A stretch of 64,000 nucleotides of DNA from Sumerlaeia bacterium (GTDB taxonomy: Bacteria; Sumerlaeota; Sumerlaeia; MVZB01), in assembly GCA_041687335.1 (NCBI GenBank), contig JAWLCE010000001.1, positions 33,840-97,839 on the forward strand, read 5' to 3'. The notes beneath the pieces were generated by a model. The model was not told the origin of the DNA and searched no databases. It saw only the letters and a list, made by a program, of their open reading frames with translations. This document shows, piece after piece, positions 27,170 to 36,616 of the stretch. A program made the position numbers and the translations under genes. How positions within the stretch are numbered: the stretch's first letter is position 1; every line of letters starts with the position of its first letter.

Positions 27170-29076
27170 TGCGACCCGCGACCGGATATTGGAAGATGGC
27201 GGCGCTGGTCATGCTGGCGCTGCTGGCGGTCGTGCCGCGCGTGATCCTGCTGGGCGAGCGGCCGGCGATGCACGACGAGGCGCAGGATGCCTGGTATAGC
27301 TATGCCTTCGCGCGCGACGGGCACTACACGCACAACCCGATCCTGCACGGGCCCTCGCTGATCCTGGCGGCGGGGCTGGTTTTTCGCTGGGCGGGGGACT
27401 CGATGACGGCGGCGCGCGCGGTGGTGGCGGTCATCTCGATCATCGGGCTGTGGGTGGGCCTGCAACTGTGGCCGCGCCGCTATCGCTACTGGCTGGCGCC
27501 GCTGCTGCTGAGCTCGCCGATGCTGCTCTACTTCAGCCGCTTCTACCGCAACGACATGGTCTTCTCGGCGCTGGTGCTGATCGGGCTGGTCGGCATCGTG
27601 CGCTCGCTGGAGGGTCGCTCGCCGGCGGCGCGCGCGGCCTGGGGGACGCTGGCGCCGGTTCCGCTGCTGGCGCTGCTGGCGCTCAAGATGAACGCGCCCT
27701 TTATTTACGCGGCGGGGCTGACGTGGGTGCTGGCCTGGCTGATCATGCGGCTGTTCTGGCGGCGGCCGGCGCTCTGGCTGCGCCCCCGGCGAATGGTGCG
27801 GCCGATCAGCAGCCGGCCCGCCCGGCCCGCCGCCCGCCGCGATCGGCGAGAGACCGGCCGGCGCAAGGAGCAACTGCGCCAGCCCGGCCGGCCGCTGCCT
27901 GCCGCGCTCCCCTCGCCCATCCCCGGGCGGGCGATGCGCGCAACACTGGCGGGGTGGGCGCTCGGCAGCGTGATCGGGATGGCCTACGTGCTCTTCATCT
28001 ATGGGGTGACGACGCCGGATTACACATTCTCGCCGCTGGCCAATATCGCGCGCACGATCGAATACTGGGCCGGCCAGCACCAGGCCCAGCGCATTACGGG
28101 AGCGCTGCATTACCACCTGCCGATCCTGCTGACCTACGAGCTGCCGATCCTGCTGCTGCTGGCGGCGGGGCTGGTGGTGGACGCGGCCGGGCGACCGGCG
28201 CGCACGCTGGTTTACCTTGGCTCGATCCTCGCGTGGATCGCGCTCTGGATGATCTGGGGAGCGATCGAACTGCGGGGCCCGCTGGCGCGAGTGGTGGACT
28301 TTTTGCACATGGAGCCGAGCCGGTCGATGCTGGTGCTGGGCCTGTGGATCGTGCCGCTGCTGGCGTGGTCGGTGCTGGCGCTCAAGGAGCACCGCCTGCT
28401 GGGCTCGTGGCTGGCGTGGTGGGCGGCCAGTTCGCTGTTCCAGTATTCGGTGGCCGGGGAGAAGGTCCCCTGGCTGGGGCTGCACATCGCGCTGCCGCTG
28501 ATCCTGACACTGGGTTGGGTCTGGGCGCCGTGGCTGCGGCGGGCGGGTCCGAGCGGGCGACAACTTGCCGTGGCCGCGCTGGCGGTGGCGACGCTGATCG
28601 CGCTGCGCAATGACTATTACCTGGTCGGGCCGCGCGCAGCCGACCCCGCTGAGCGCCTAGTCTACAACCACACTTCGGTGGAGTATGACGCGCTCTGCCG
28701 GGACTACCTGCTCAGCTGGCAGAGGCGGGCCGATGAGGTCCCGCTCGCGGCGCGGCGGGTGGCGCTGAGCGGGGAGACCGGCTGGCCGGGGGTCTGGTAC
28801 TTCCGCCACTGCGGCTATGACCTGCCGGCGCAGCCGCCCGACGCGGCTGAGGGCTGGGACTTGATCACCGGGATCGCCAGCGAGATGGAGGCGCTCTGCG
28901 CACAGGTGGACCCGGCGCGCTGGCGCTGCACGCCGCTGTCGATGCGCGACCACTGGTGGGCACCATGGCCGGAGCAGCACCCGTGGCTGGCCTGGTGGCG
29001 CTACTACTGGTGGCGCATCCCGTGGACCGAGCCGGGCGGCTTCTATATCACGGCGGTCGAGCCGCTGGGCCCTTGA
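27166..29076 (+). CDS. TIGR03663-family membrane protein (distant PMT/GT-C relative)
   Basis: It overlaps the previous gene by 4 nt. The N-terminal MHDEAQDAWYSYAFARDGHYTHNPILHGP contains the DE dipeptide and HGP tripeptide that are invariant in TIGR03663. Confidence 0.6.
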   Translation: MMRPATGYWKMAALVMLALLAVVPRVILLGERPAMHDEAQDAWYSYAFARDGHYTHNPILHGPSLILAAGLVFRWAGDSMTAARAVVAVISIIGLWVGLQLWPRRYRYWLAPLLLSSPMLLYFSRFYRNDMVFSALVLIGLVGIVRSLEGRSPAARAAWGTLAPVPLLALLALKMNAPFIYAAGLTWVLAWLIMRLFWRRPALWLRPRRMVRPISSRPARPAARRDRRETGRRKEQLRQPGRPLPAALPSPIPGRAMRATLAGWALGSVIGMAYVLFIYGVTTPDYTFSPLANIARTIEYWAGQHQAQRITGALHYHLPILLTYELPILLLLAAGLVVDAAGRPARTLVYLGSILAWIALWMIWGAIELRGPLARVVDFLHMEPSRSMLVLGLWIVPLLAWSVLALKEHRLLGSWLAWWAASSLFQYSVAGEKVPWLGLHIALPLILTLGWVWAPWLRRAGPSGRQLAVAALAVATLIALRNDYYLVGPRAADPAERLVYNHTSVEYDALCRDYLLSWQRRADEVPLAARRVALSGETGWPGVWYFRHCGYDLPAQPPDAAEGWDLITGIASEMEALCAQVDPARWRCTPLSMRDHWWAPWPEQHPWLAWWRYYWWRIPWTEPGGFYITAVEPLGP

Positions 29077-29137
29077 TTCAGGTTGTTCGAGATGTTCACG
29101 AAAGGCCCAGCGCGGCCGAGCCGCAACCAAAAAATGC

Positions 29138-29390
29138 AGCCACGAATGGACACCAATTTGCACGAATGATATGAACACCAAGACGCCAAGATGGCCAAGG
29201 GGCGCATCCGCGCAAATTGAACCGCAGAGGCGCAGGGACGCCGAGGAAAAGCAAGGTCTCGAGCTTGGACGAAGATCGGAGGTTGGGATTGACAGGCCGT
29301 GGGTTGATTCCCTGCCCATTTTCCACAACAACCCAGCCGCGAAGGGGCGATCGCCGGTAGCCGGGGGTGACCGTAGGGAACCCCCGGTCT
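29138..29390 (+). repeat. Composite ~250-bp repeat, copy A: CACGAATG repeats, a conserved spacer and a REP-like hairpin unit
   Basis: About 90% identical to the reverse complement of 32688..32928 in two blocks (29138-29224 and 29274-29390). It lies 5' of gene 29514..31133. Confidence 0.7.
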
Positions 29391-29513
29391 AGGCACCCCG
29401 CACAGATTCTTGTAGGATCGAGCCGCTGGCGCGCGAGTGAAGCGCGCGGTGGACGGCACGGCCGGGAATCCGCTATTATCCCGGCCGCGGCGATTTTATG
29501 ACGGCGGCGGACA

Positions 29514-31133
29514 ATGAGACGAACCGATCACCTGGCCAGCTCCGTGGCGGCATTGGCAATCCTGCTGCTGACGGCGGCGGCGTGGTCGGTGCGGTTCATC
29601 CAGGATGACGCCTATATTTCGTTCGTCTATGCGCGCAACCTGGCCGAGGGGCGCGGCCTGACCTGGATCGACGGCGAGGCCGTCGAGGGCTACACCAACT
29701 TCCTCTGGGTCATGCTGATGGCGTTGCCGGAGCTGATCGGCCGCCACCCGGCGCCGTTCGCGATCGGGCTGGGCCTGCTTTCGTTTGCGCTGGCGCTGGC
29801 GGCGACGTGGCTGCTGGCGCGCCGGGCGCTGGGGTCGCCGTGGATGGCGCTGGTGGCGATGCTGATCGCCGGCACCAACGCCTCGTTCCTGCGCTATGCC
29901 AGCGGCGGACTGGAGACGATGACCCAGACGCTGCTGGGCCTGGGGCTGCTGCTGGCGGCGGTGCGGCTGATCGCGGAGGAGGAGCCGAGGCGGGTGGGAC
30001 CGGCGCTGGCGATCTCACTGCTGGCGGCGCTGGCGCTGCTGACGCGGCTGGATTCGGCGGTGCTGGTGGCGGCGGCGGGGGGGGCGGCGCTGGTACACCT
30101 GTGGCGAAGGGCGGGCGCGGCGCGTGCGGCGCAGATCGGCTGGCTGCTCGGGCCGGCGGCACTGATCGTGGGGGTGTGGCTCGGCTGGAAGCTGGCCACC
30201 TACGGCTCGATCCTGCCCAACACCTTCCACGCCAAGGTGGGCATGGGGGGCACGCTCAAGTATGGGGTCTTCTACGTCTACCTGTTCTTCATGTCCTACT
30301 GGCTGATCCCGCTGCCGCTGATCCTGCTGGGCGAGCTGGGGCGGCTGCGGCGTGAGCGACCGGCACTGCGGCTGGCGGCGGGGGCAGCGGGGCTATGGCT
30401 GGCCTACGTCGCGCTGGTGGGCGGCGATTTCATGGAGTTCAGGTTCATCGTGCCGGCGATCCCGCTGCTGGCGATTCTCATCGTCTGGCTGCTCTTCTTT
30501 CAGATCCGCCAGCAAGCGGTGCGCCACGCGTTGCTGGCGATGGTGCTGCTCGGCTCGCTGCACCACGCGGCGACCTTTCACGGCTGGGGCGGAGTCGAGC
30601 GGATGGAGGTCGAATCGGTGCGCGAGCTGGCCAGCCATCTGCGCCCCGGGGGGACGGACTGGATCGGCATCGGAGAGCGGCTGGGCGAGCTTTTCGGCGG
30701 CGAGGACGTCATGCTGGCCACCGGCGTGGCGGGCTCGATCCCGTATTACTCGCGGCTGGAGACGATTGACATCTTCGGGCTCAATGATGCCTGGATCGCG
30801 CGCAATGGGCTGGCGCTCGGTCAGCGGCCGGGGCACCGCCGGCTGGCGAGCTTCGATTACCTGCGCGCGCGCGGGGTCAACCTGATGCTGGGCGACCCCA
30901 ATCGGGTCGCGCGCGCGGAGATTCCGAGCACGGCGGCCGGGGCGGAGGACCTGCGGCGGCTTTACGTGCACGACGCCGAGCCCGGGGAGATCTGGCCCGA
31001 CGCGCGGCTGGTTTACATCCCGCTCACGGAAACCGAGGCGCTCGAGGCGCTGTATATGACCTATCACCCGGCGATCGAAAGCGCCATCGAGGCGCAGGGC
31101 TGGCCAACGCGGGCTGTGAGGTTGCCGCGATAA
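29514..31133 (+). CDS. GT-C-like polytopic membrane protein, diverged paralog of the TIGR03663/PMT-like type
   Basis: The N-terminal loop FIQDDAYISFVYARNLAEGRGL parallels HDEAQDAWYSYAFARDGHY of the upstream gene. There are at least 10 predicted TM segments. Confidence 0.45.
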   Translation: MRRTDHLASSVAALAILLLTAAAWSVRFIQDDAYISFVYARNLAEGRGLTWIDGEAVEGYTNFLWVMLMALPELIGRHPAPFAIGLGLLSFALALAATWLLARRALGSPWMALVAMLIAGTNASFLRYASGGLETMTQTLLGLGLLLAAVRLIAEEEPRRVGPALAISLLAALALLTRLDSAVLVAAAGGAALVHLWRRAGAARAAQIGWLLGPAALIVGVWLGWKLATYGSILPNTFHAKVGMGGTLKYGVFYVYLFFMSYWLIPLPLILLGELGRLRRERPALRLAAGAAGLWLAYVALVGGDFMEFRFIVPAIPLLAILIVWLLFFQIRQQAVRHALLAMVLLGSLHHAATFHGWGGVERMEVESVRELASHLRPGGTDWIGIGERLGELFGGEDVMLATGVAGSIPYYSRLETIDIFGLNDAWIARNGLALGQRPGHRRLASFDYLRARGVNLMLGDPNRVARAEIPSTAAGAEDLRRLYVHDAEPGEIWPDARLVYIPLTETEALEALYMTYHPAIESAIEAQGWPTRAVRLPR

Positions 31134-31171
31134 GTCAGAATGAACCGCCAAGGTGGCAGCTGGTTGAGTTC

Positions 31172-32458
31172 TCAGTTCCCGGCCTTGGCGGCCTTTTTGT
31201 GGCGGCGGCGGGCGGCGATTTCGGGCGCGCCGGCGATGCAGGTGCCAAGCACGCGGAAGGACTGCGCCAGCATCGAGCCGAGCTTGCGATGGAAGCGGGC
31301 CGGCATGGCGCCGAGCTCCTCGAAGCCGGTCTCGGTGGCGCGCGCGCGACCCCAGTTGGCGAAGAGCCGGCCCCAGTCGCTGCGCAGGCACTCGGCCATC
31401 TTCTTTTTGCTGAAGCGCGGATACCAGTATGCGTCGTGGTAGAGGACGCTGGCGATGTAGGCCCACGGCGCCAGCCAGGTCTTGAGGCTCCACTCGACCG
31501 GCTTCTTGAGCGGTCCCCAATAAATCAGGTGCTGCATGCGGCTGGCAAAGGTCATCTTCTTGAAGGGACCGACGAAGTGCCAGCTCTTGCGGCCCTCCTC
31601 GGCATCGCCGACCAGCTCGATCTCGCGGACGTCGCCGCAACCGAGCCCGGCCTCGTGCGCCAGCCGGATGAACTTGCAGTCGGCGAGCGGATCGAAGCCC
31701 ATCAGCCGGGCGGCGACGGCGTCGATCGCCACCTGGTCGGCCGAGGCCAGCAGCACGTTCTTGACGTAGGGCACCATACAGCGGGGACCGGGGCCATCGC
31801 CGGCAAAGGTGCCATCCATCACGGCGAACAGGCCGCGGTGGATCTTCTGCTGGATCATCAGCAGGTCCACCAGCGTCTCGTGGATGACCGGGTGGGTCCA
31901 GTGGCGATGCTCGTTGAGGAGCCCGCCGAAAGCGTTCTTCATCGCGCCGGTGGTGGTGGTGAAGACGTGGGTCTTGATGGTCGGCAGATGGATGATGTTC
32001 TCGCCGATGAAGCGGCGCGGGATCATGAAGCCCTTGGGGTAGACCTCGTTGAGGCAGAGGAATTTTTGGGTCAGGTCGCCGACGGCATCCTTGACGTTGA
32101 TCCACTCCTCGCCCTCGTAGAGGTGCACGTTGCGCAGGCCGTAGGCCTCGGTGACGTCGATCTGCTTGTTCTCGCGCTCGCCCAGGTGCGCGTCGATGAC
32201 GACGGTGCGGTTATGGCAGCCGTGAATCAGGTTCTTGTCGTAGCCGTCCTTGAGCATGGCGCCGATGACGCCGTCGAGCTGCCAGGGCGTGGTCGAGGTG
32301 GCGGGGAAGAAGAAATGCCACGAGATATTGATCTTGAGCGCCGTGTCGGCGTCACGCGCGATGACGTCCTGATAACCAGCCAGGTTCATCAGCTCGTGGT
32401 AATCGCGCCGGACGGTGCCCGGCGTGGTCTTCAGGATCGCAACTTTGGACTTCGCCAT
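31172..32458 (-). CDS. DUF362-like domain protein (hypothetical)
   Basis: The N-terminal KVAILKT...ALKINISWHFFFPATSTTP resembles the DUF362 core. The assignment is tentative. Confidence 0.4.
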   Translation of the reverse strand: MAKSKVAILKTTPGTVRRDYHELMNLAGYQDVIARDADTALKINISWHFFFPATSTTPWQLDGVIGAMLKDGYDKNLIHGCHNRTVVIDAHLGERENKQIDVTEAYGLRNVHLYEGEEWINVKDAVGDLTQKFLCLNEVYPKGFMIPRRFIGENIIHLPTIKTHVFTTTTGAMKNAFGGLLNEHRHWTHPVIHETLVDLLMIQQKIHRGLFAVMDGTFAGDGPGPRCMVPYVKNVLLASADQVAIDAVAARLMGFDPLADCKFIRLAHEAGLGCGDVREIELVGDAEEGRKSWHFVGPFKKMTFASRMQHLIYWGPLKKPVEWSLKTWLAPWAYIASVLYHDAYWYPRFSKKKMAECLRSDWGRLFANWGRARATETGFEELGAMPARFHRKLGSMLAQSFRVLGTCIAGAPEIAARRRHKKAAKAGN

Positions 32459-32521
32459 GAATCACATACCCCCGGGGTCATGTTAGCAGAAACAGCGAGG
32501 AATGGAACCGCAAGAAAAACG

Positions 32522-32571
32522 TGGCCACGAATTTTCACGAATGGGAGATGCGAATTGACACGAATTTGAAG
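32522..32571. repeat. Array of four CACGAAT(G/T)-like direct repeats at ~11-bp spacing, 60-110 bp upstream of the DUF362-like gene
   Basis: Sequence ggccacgaattttcacgaatgggagatgcgaattgacacgaatttgaagc. Confidence 0.6.
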
Positions 32572-32687
32572 CATGCTGGTTGGGGCTGGAATATCGACCC
32601 AATGCATTCGTACTACTATCCTTCGTTTTCTTGTTATCCTGCGAAGATTCGGCCGCCCCTTCGGGGCTCGGATGTTTTGGGCACCTT

Positions 32688-32928
32688 GACCGGGGGTTCC
32701 CTGCGGTCACCCCCGGCTACCTGCGATCGCCCCTTCGGGGCTGGGTTTTTGACGGAATGGGCAAGGATTCAACCCACGGCCTGTCAATCCCAATCTCCGA
32801 TCCAGGTCAGGCTTGATCACTTTGCGCGGTTCAATTTGAGCGGATGCGCCCCTTGGCCATCTTGGCGTTCACATCATTCGTGCAAATTGGTGTCCATTCG
32901 TGGCTGAATTCGTGGCTGAATCCGCTTT
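32688..32928 (-). repeat. Composite ~240-bp repeat, copy B
   Basis: Reverse complement of copy A. It lies 5' of gene 31172..32458 and ends at the aroC stop codon. Confidence 0.7.
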
Positions 32929-34156
32929 ATTTCCCGGTGGTCGGGCGATTCAAAGAATCCACGTAGGCCTGGTAGTTGCGGAGGGTTTCGCTGATGCTGT
33001 CGCCGCCGAATTTTTCGAGGCAAACGGTGGCCAGCACGATGGCGAGGAGGGCCTCGGCGACGACGCCGGCCGCCGGCAGCGCGCAGACGTCGCTGCGCTC
33101 CTTGCTGGAGTCGAAGGGCTGGCGCGTCAGGTAGTCGACCGACATGATCGGGCGCATGAGGGTCGCGATCGGCTTCATCGCGGCGCGGACGATGATCGGC
33201 TCGCCGTTGCTCATGCCGCCCTCGATGCCGCCGGCGCGGTTGGTCGGGCGGTAGAAGCCGCCGCTGGGGCCGTGGCCGTCGAGCCAGTCGGCGGGGTTGT
33301 CGGAGTGGCGGATTTCGTCGTGGACCTGGCTGCCGCGGCGGCGGGCGCCCTCGAAGCCGGGGCCGATCTCGACGCCCTTGATCGCCTGCATGCCCATCAG
33401 CGCCTGGCCGATGCGGCCGTCGAGCTTCTCGTCCCAGTTCATGACATTGCCCAGGCCGGCGGGGACACCGGTGGCATGGATCTCGATGATGCCGCCGACG
33501 GTGTCGCCCTCGGCTTTGCAGTCGTCGATGAGGGCCTTCATGGCCGGTTCGACGGAGGGATCGGCCACGCGCAGTTCGCTGGCCTCGACGCGGCGCTCGA
33601 TCTCATCGTAGCCAAGCCCGGCCAGCACCGCCGGGTCGACGGCGATGTGGCCCAGCTCGAGCACCTGGGAGCGCACTCGGATGCCGAACTCGGCGAGCAG
33701 CGCCTTGCAGAGCGCGCCGACGGCGACCTGGGTGGCGGTGGCGCGCGCCGAGGCCCGCTCAAGGATGTTGCGGGCGTCCTCGTGGGCGAACTTCTGCAGG
33801 CCGGGCAGGTCGGCGTGGCCGGGGCGGGGGCGCGTGATGGCGCGTTTGGCGCCGGCGGCCTCGTCCTCGGGGGCGAGCGGCTCGGGCGACATGATCTTGG
33901 TCCAGTTGCGCCAGTCGCGGTTTTCGACCACCAGCGTGATGGGGCTGCCCAGCGCCAGCCCATGGCGCACGCCCGAGACGAACCGCACCTGGTCGCGCTC
34001 GATGGTCATGCGCCCGCCGCGGCCGTAGCCGCCCTGGCGCCGGGAGAGGTCGCGGTCGACCGCCTCGGCCAGCACCGGCAGACCGGCGGGCAGACCGCTG
34101 ACGATGGCCGTCAGCTGGGGACCGTGCGACTCGCCCGATGTCATATAGCGCAGCAT
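32927..34156 (-). CDS. aroC: Chorismate synthase
   Basis: N-terminal MTSGESHGPQLTAIVSGLPAGLP and C-terminal RPxxVDYLTRQP-type motifs fit AroC. Confidence 0.9.
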   Translation of the reverse strand: MLRYMTSGESHGPQLTAIVSGLPAGLPVLAEAVDRDLSRRQGGYGRGGRMTIERDQVRFVSGVRHGLALGSPITLVVENRDWRNWTKIMSPEPLAPEDEAAGAKRAITRPRPGHADLPGLQKFAHEDARNILERASARATATQVAVGALCKALLAEFGIRVRSQVLELGHIAVDPAVLAGLGYDEIERRVEASELRVADPSVEPAMKALIDDCKAEGDTVGGIIEIHATGVPAGLGNVMNWDEKLDGRIGQALMGMQAIKGVEIGPGFEGARRRGSQVHDEIRHSDNPADWLDGHGPSGGFYRPTNRAGGIEGGMSNGEPIIVRAAMKPIATLMRPIMSVDYLTRQPFDSSKERSDVCALPAAGVVAEALLAIVLATVCLEKFGGDSISETLRNYQAYVDSLNRPTTGK

Positions 34157-34171
34157 GGATGATTCCGTTCA

Positions 34172-34222
34172 AGCCACGAATGGAAACTTCACCATTCGTG
34201 TCCATTCGTGTTCATTCGTGGC
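34172..34222. repeat. CACGAATG/CATTCGTG element (one forward octamer plus three inverted octamers at 10-bp spacing)
   Basis: Sequence agccacgaatggaaacttcaccattcgtgtccattcgtgttcattcgtggc, in the aroC-glgP intergenic region. Confidence 0.6.
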
Positions 34223-34234
34223 GGCAGTTGGCCG

Positions 34235-36394
34235 TCATTTCCCGTCCAGGTAATACTTCAGCGTGTAGTCGGCCACCATGCGGTCGGTGTTGAAGACCGG
34301 GATGAGGGTCACCATGGCGCGGCGGATGCGCTGGATCCAGTTGCGCGGCAGGTTCATCGCATCGCGGTCGAAGTATTCGGGCAGCACCTCGTTCTCGAGC
34401 GCGGCGTAGAGGTTGGCCAGGTCCTGGCGGTCCTGGACCTCGATGTTGTCGGAGTTGTTGTCCTCGCCGATGGAGAAGCCGTTGGTGCCGTCGTAGCCCT
34501 CACGCCACCAGCCATCCATGATGCTCAGATTGAGGCAGCCGTGGACGGTGGTCTTCTGGCCGCTGGTGCCCGAGGCCTCGAGCGGCCGGCGCGGGTTGTT
34601 GAGCCAGACGTCGCAGCCGGAGACCAGGTAGCGCGCGACCTGGATGTCGTAGTTCTCGATGAAGAAGACCTTGCCGGCGAAGCGGGGGTCGTTGGCGATG
34701 CGGTGGACGTGCTGGATCATGCTCTTACCGCCGTCGTCGCGGGGGTGGGCCTTGCCGGCGACCACCATCTGCAGCGGGCGCTGGGGGTCGTTGAACAGCC
34801 GGGCGGCGCGGTCGATGTCGTTGAAGAGCAGGGTGGCGCGCTTGTAGGTGGCGAAGCGGCGCGCGAAGCCGATCGTGAGTGCGTCGGGGTTGAGGATCTG
34901 GGCGCCGTAGGACTGGGCGGGCATGCCGCCGATGCGCTGGCGCTGGCGTTCGATCCGCTCGCGCAACGCCTCGATCATCTGGCGCTTGAGGCGGTAGCGC
35001 AGCGACCAGATGACCTCGTCGCTGAGGAAGCGGGGGTCGGCGACCTTCTGCCAGAAGTCGGTCTGCATGATGTGCTTGAGCCAGTCCACGCCGAGGTTAT
35101 ATTCCCAGAAGGAATAGGTGACCCGGTTCATCCAGCCCAGGATGTGCACGCCGTTGGTGATGTGGCCGATGGGGACCTTGTCCTCGGGCAGGCCATAGAG
35201 GTGCTGCCACATCTGGCGGCTGACCGTGCCGTTGAGCTCGCTGACCGCGTTGGCCGAGCGGGTGTTGTGCAGCGCCAGGACGGTCATCGTGAAGGGGTCG
35301 GCGTGGTTGCCCGGCTGCTCGCGCCCCAGGTCCATCAACTGGTCCATCGAGATGCCGAGCTTGGCGGGCCAGGCGTGGAGCAGGTGATCCATCAGGTCGC
35401 GCGAAAAGCGGTCGTGGCCGGCGGGGACGGGGGTGTGGGTGGTGAAGACGGCCTTGTCGCGCGTGATGGCGCGGGCTTCCGCGAGGGTCTTGCCGGCGGC
35501 GACCTGCTCGCGCATCAGCTCGAGCAGCAGGAAGGCGGAGTGGCCCTCGTTGAGGTGATAGACCGAGGGATCGACGCCGAGCGCGCGCAGCAGGCGCAGA
35601 CCACCGACACCCAGCATCAGCTCCTGGCTGACGCGGGTGGTGTGGTCGCCGCCGTAGACGCGGGCGGTGATTTCGCGGTAGTGCAGCTCATTTTCGGGGC
35701 GGTTGGTATCGAGCAGGTAGAGCACGTTGCGGCCGACGCCCATGCGCCAGGCGTGGAAGGCGACTTCGGTGTGGGCGATCTTGAGCCGGCAGACGATCGG
35801 CTCGCCCTGCTCGTCGGTGACCAGCTCCACGGGCAGCCGGCGGGGGTCCATCGGCGGATAGGTCTCCTCCTGCCAGCCATCGCCGTTGATGTGCTGCTGG
35901 AAGTAGCCGCCGCGGTAGAAGAGGGTGATGCCGATCATCGGCACGTCCAGGTCGGAGCTGGACTTGAGGTGGTCGCCCGAGAGCACGCCGAGGCCGCCCG
36001 AATAGACGGGCAGCGATTCATGGAAGCCGAACTCGGCGCTGAAGTAGGCCACCGGATGCTTGCGGAAGTGGGGGCAGTGGGTCATGCCCCAGGTGTTGCG
36101 GTCGGCGAGATAGGACTCGAACTCCTCGATGACCTCGGCCGCCATGCGCCCGACGCGTTTGCTGTAGAGGTTGGCGATCAGCTCGTCATGGGTCAGCGAG
36201 CGCAGGACGACCACCGCGTTATGGTTGGACTTGACCCAGGCCTCCTCGGAGAGGGTCTTGAACAGCTGCTGGGCGCGCGGATTCCAGGTCCACCAGATGT
36301 TATAGGCAAGCCGGCGGATGCCGTCGGCGAGGCGGGTGGCTTCGTCATGCATGGCGAGCGAGGCGGAGCTCATATTGGAGCGCCCTTTCGTCAC
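34235..36394 (-). CDS. glgP: Alpha-glucan phosphorylase (GlgP family, TIGR02094-type)
   Basis: A 719-aa protein. The N-terminus NIWWTWNP and the body ...HLNEGHSAF...MVVAGKAHP... are typical. Confidence 0.85.
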   Translation of the reverse strand: MTKGRSNMSSASLAMHDEATRLADGIRRLAYNIWWTWNPRAQQLFKTLSEEAWVKSNHNAVVVLRSLTHDELIANLYSKRVGRMAAEVIEEFESYLADRNTWGMTHCPHFRKHPVAYFSAEFGFHESLPVYSGGLGVLSGDHLKSSSDLDVPMIGITLFYRGGYFQQHINGDGWQEETYPPMDPRRLPVELVTDEQGEPIVCRLKIAHTEVAFHAWRMGVGRNVLYLLDTNRPENELHYREITARVYGGDHTTRVSQELMLGVGGLRLLRALGVDPSVYHLNEGHSAFLLLELMREQVAAGKTLAEARAITRDKAVFTTHTPVPAGHDRFSRDLMDHLLHAWPAKLGISMDQLMDLGREQPGNHADPFTMTVLALHNTRSANAVSELNGTVSRQMWQHLYGLPEDKVPIGHITNGVHILGWMNRVTYSFWEYNLGVDWLKHIMQTDFWQKVADPRFLSDEVIWSLRYRLKRQMIEALRERIERQRQRIGGMPAQSYGAQILNPDALTIGFARRFATYKRATLLFNDIDRAARLFNDPQRPLQMVVAGKAHPRDDGGKSMIQHVHRIANDPRFAGKVFFIENYDIQVARYLVSGCDVWLNNPRRPLEASGTSGQKTTVHGCLNLSIMDGWWREGYDGTNGFSIGEDNNSDNIEVQDRQDLANLYAALENEVLPEYFDRDAMNLPRNWIQRIRRAMVTLIPVFNTDRMVADYTLKYYLDGK

Positions 36395-36616
36395 AATTTT
36401 TTCCGGTCCGTGGCGGCAGGGAGATGTAACTCGACCCCGCCGCGCCGGCGCGCGGACATTCCATTAAACTGGATCGGGCCGCGGCTGACAATCCTGAAAT
36501 ATTTTTCGGCAGCCGGTGGGCGCCGGCGCGACCGGTTCGCCTCAAAATCAGGACGAAAAAATGCCGTTTTACGTCGTGCGCCCAGGCGTTTAAGATAGGT
36601 GTGGGGGTAAGCCGAA

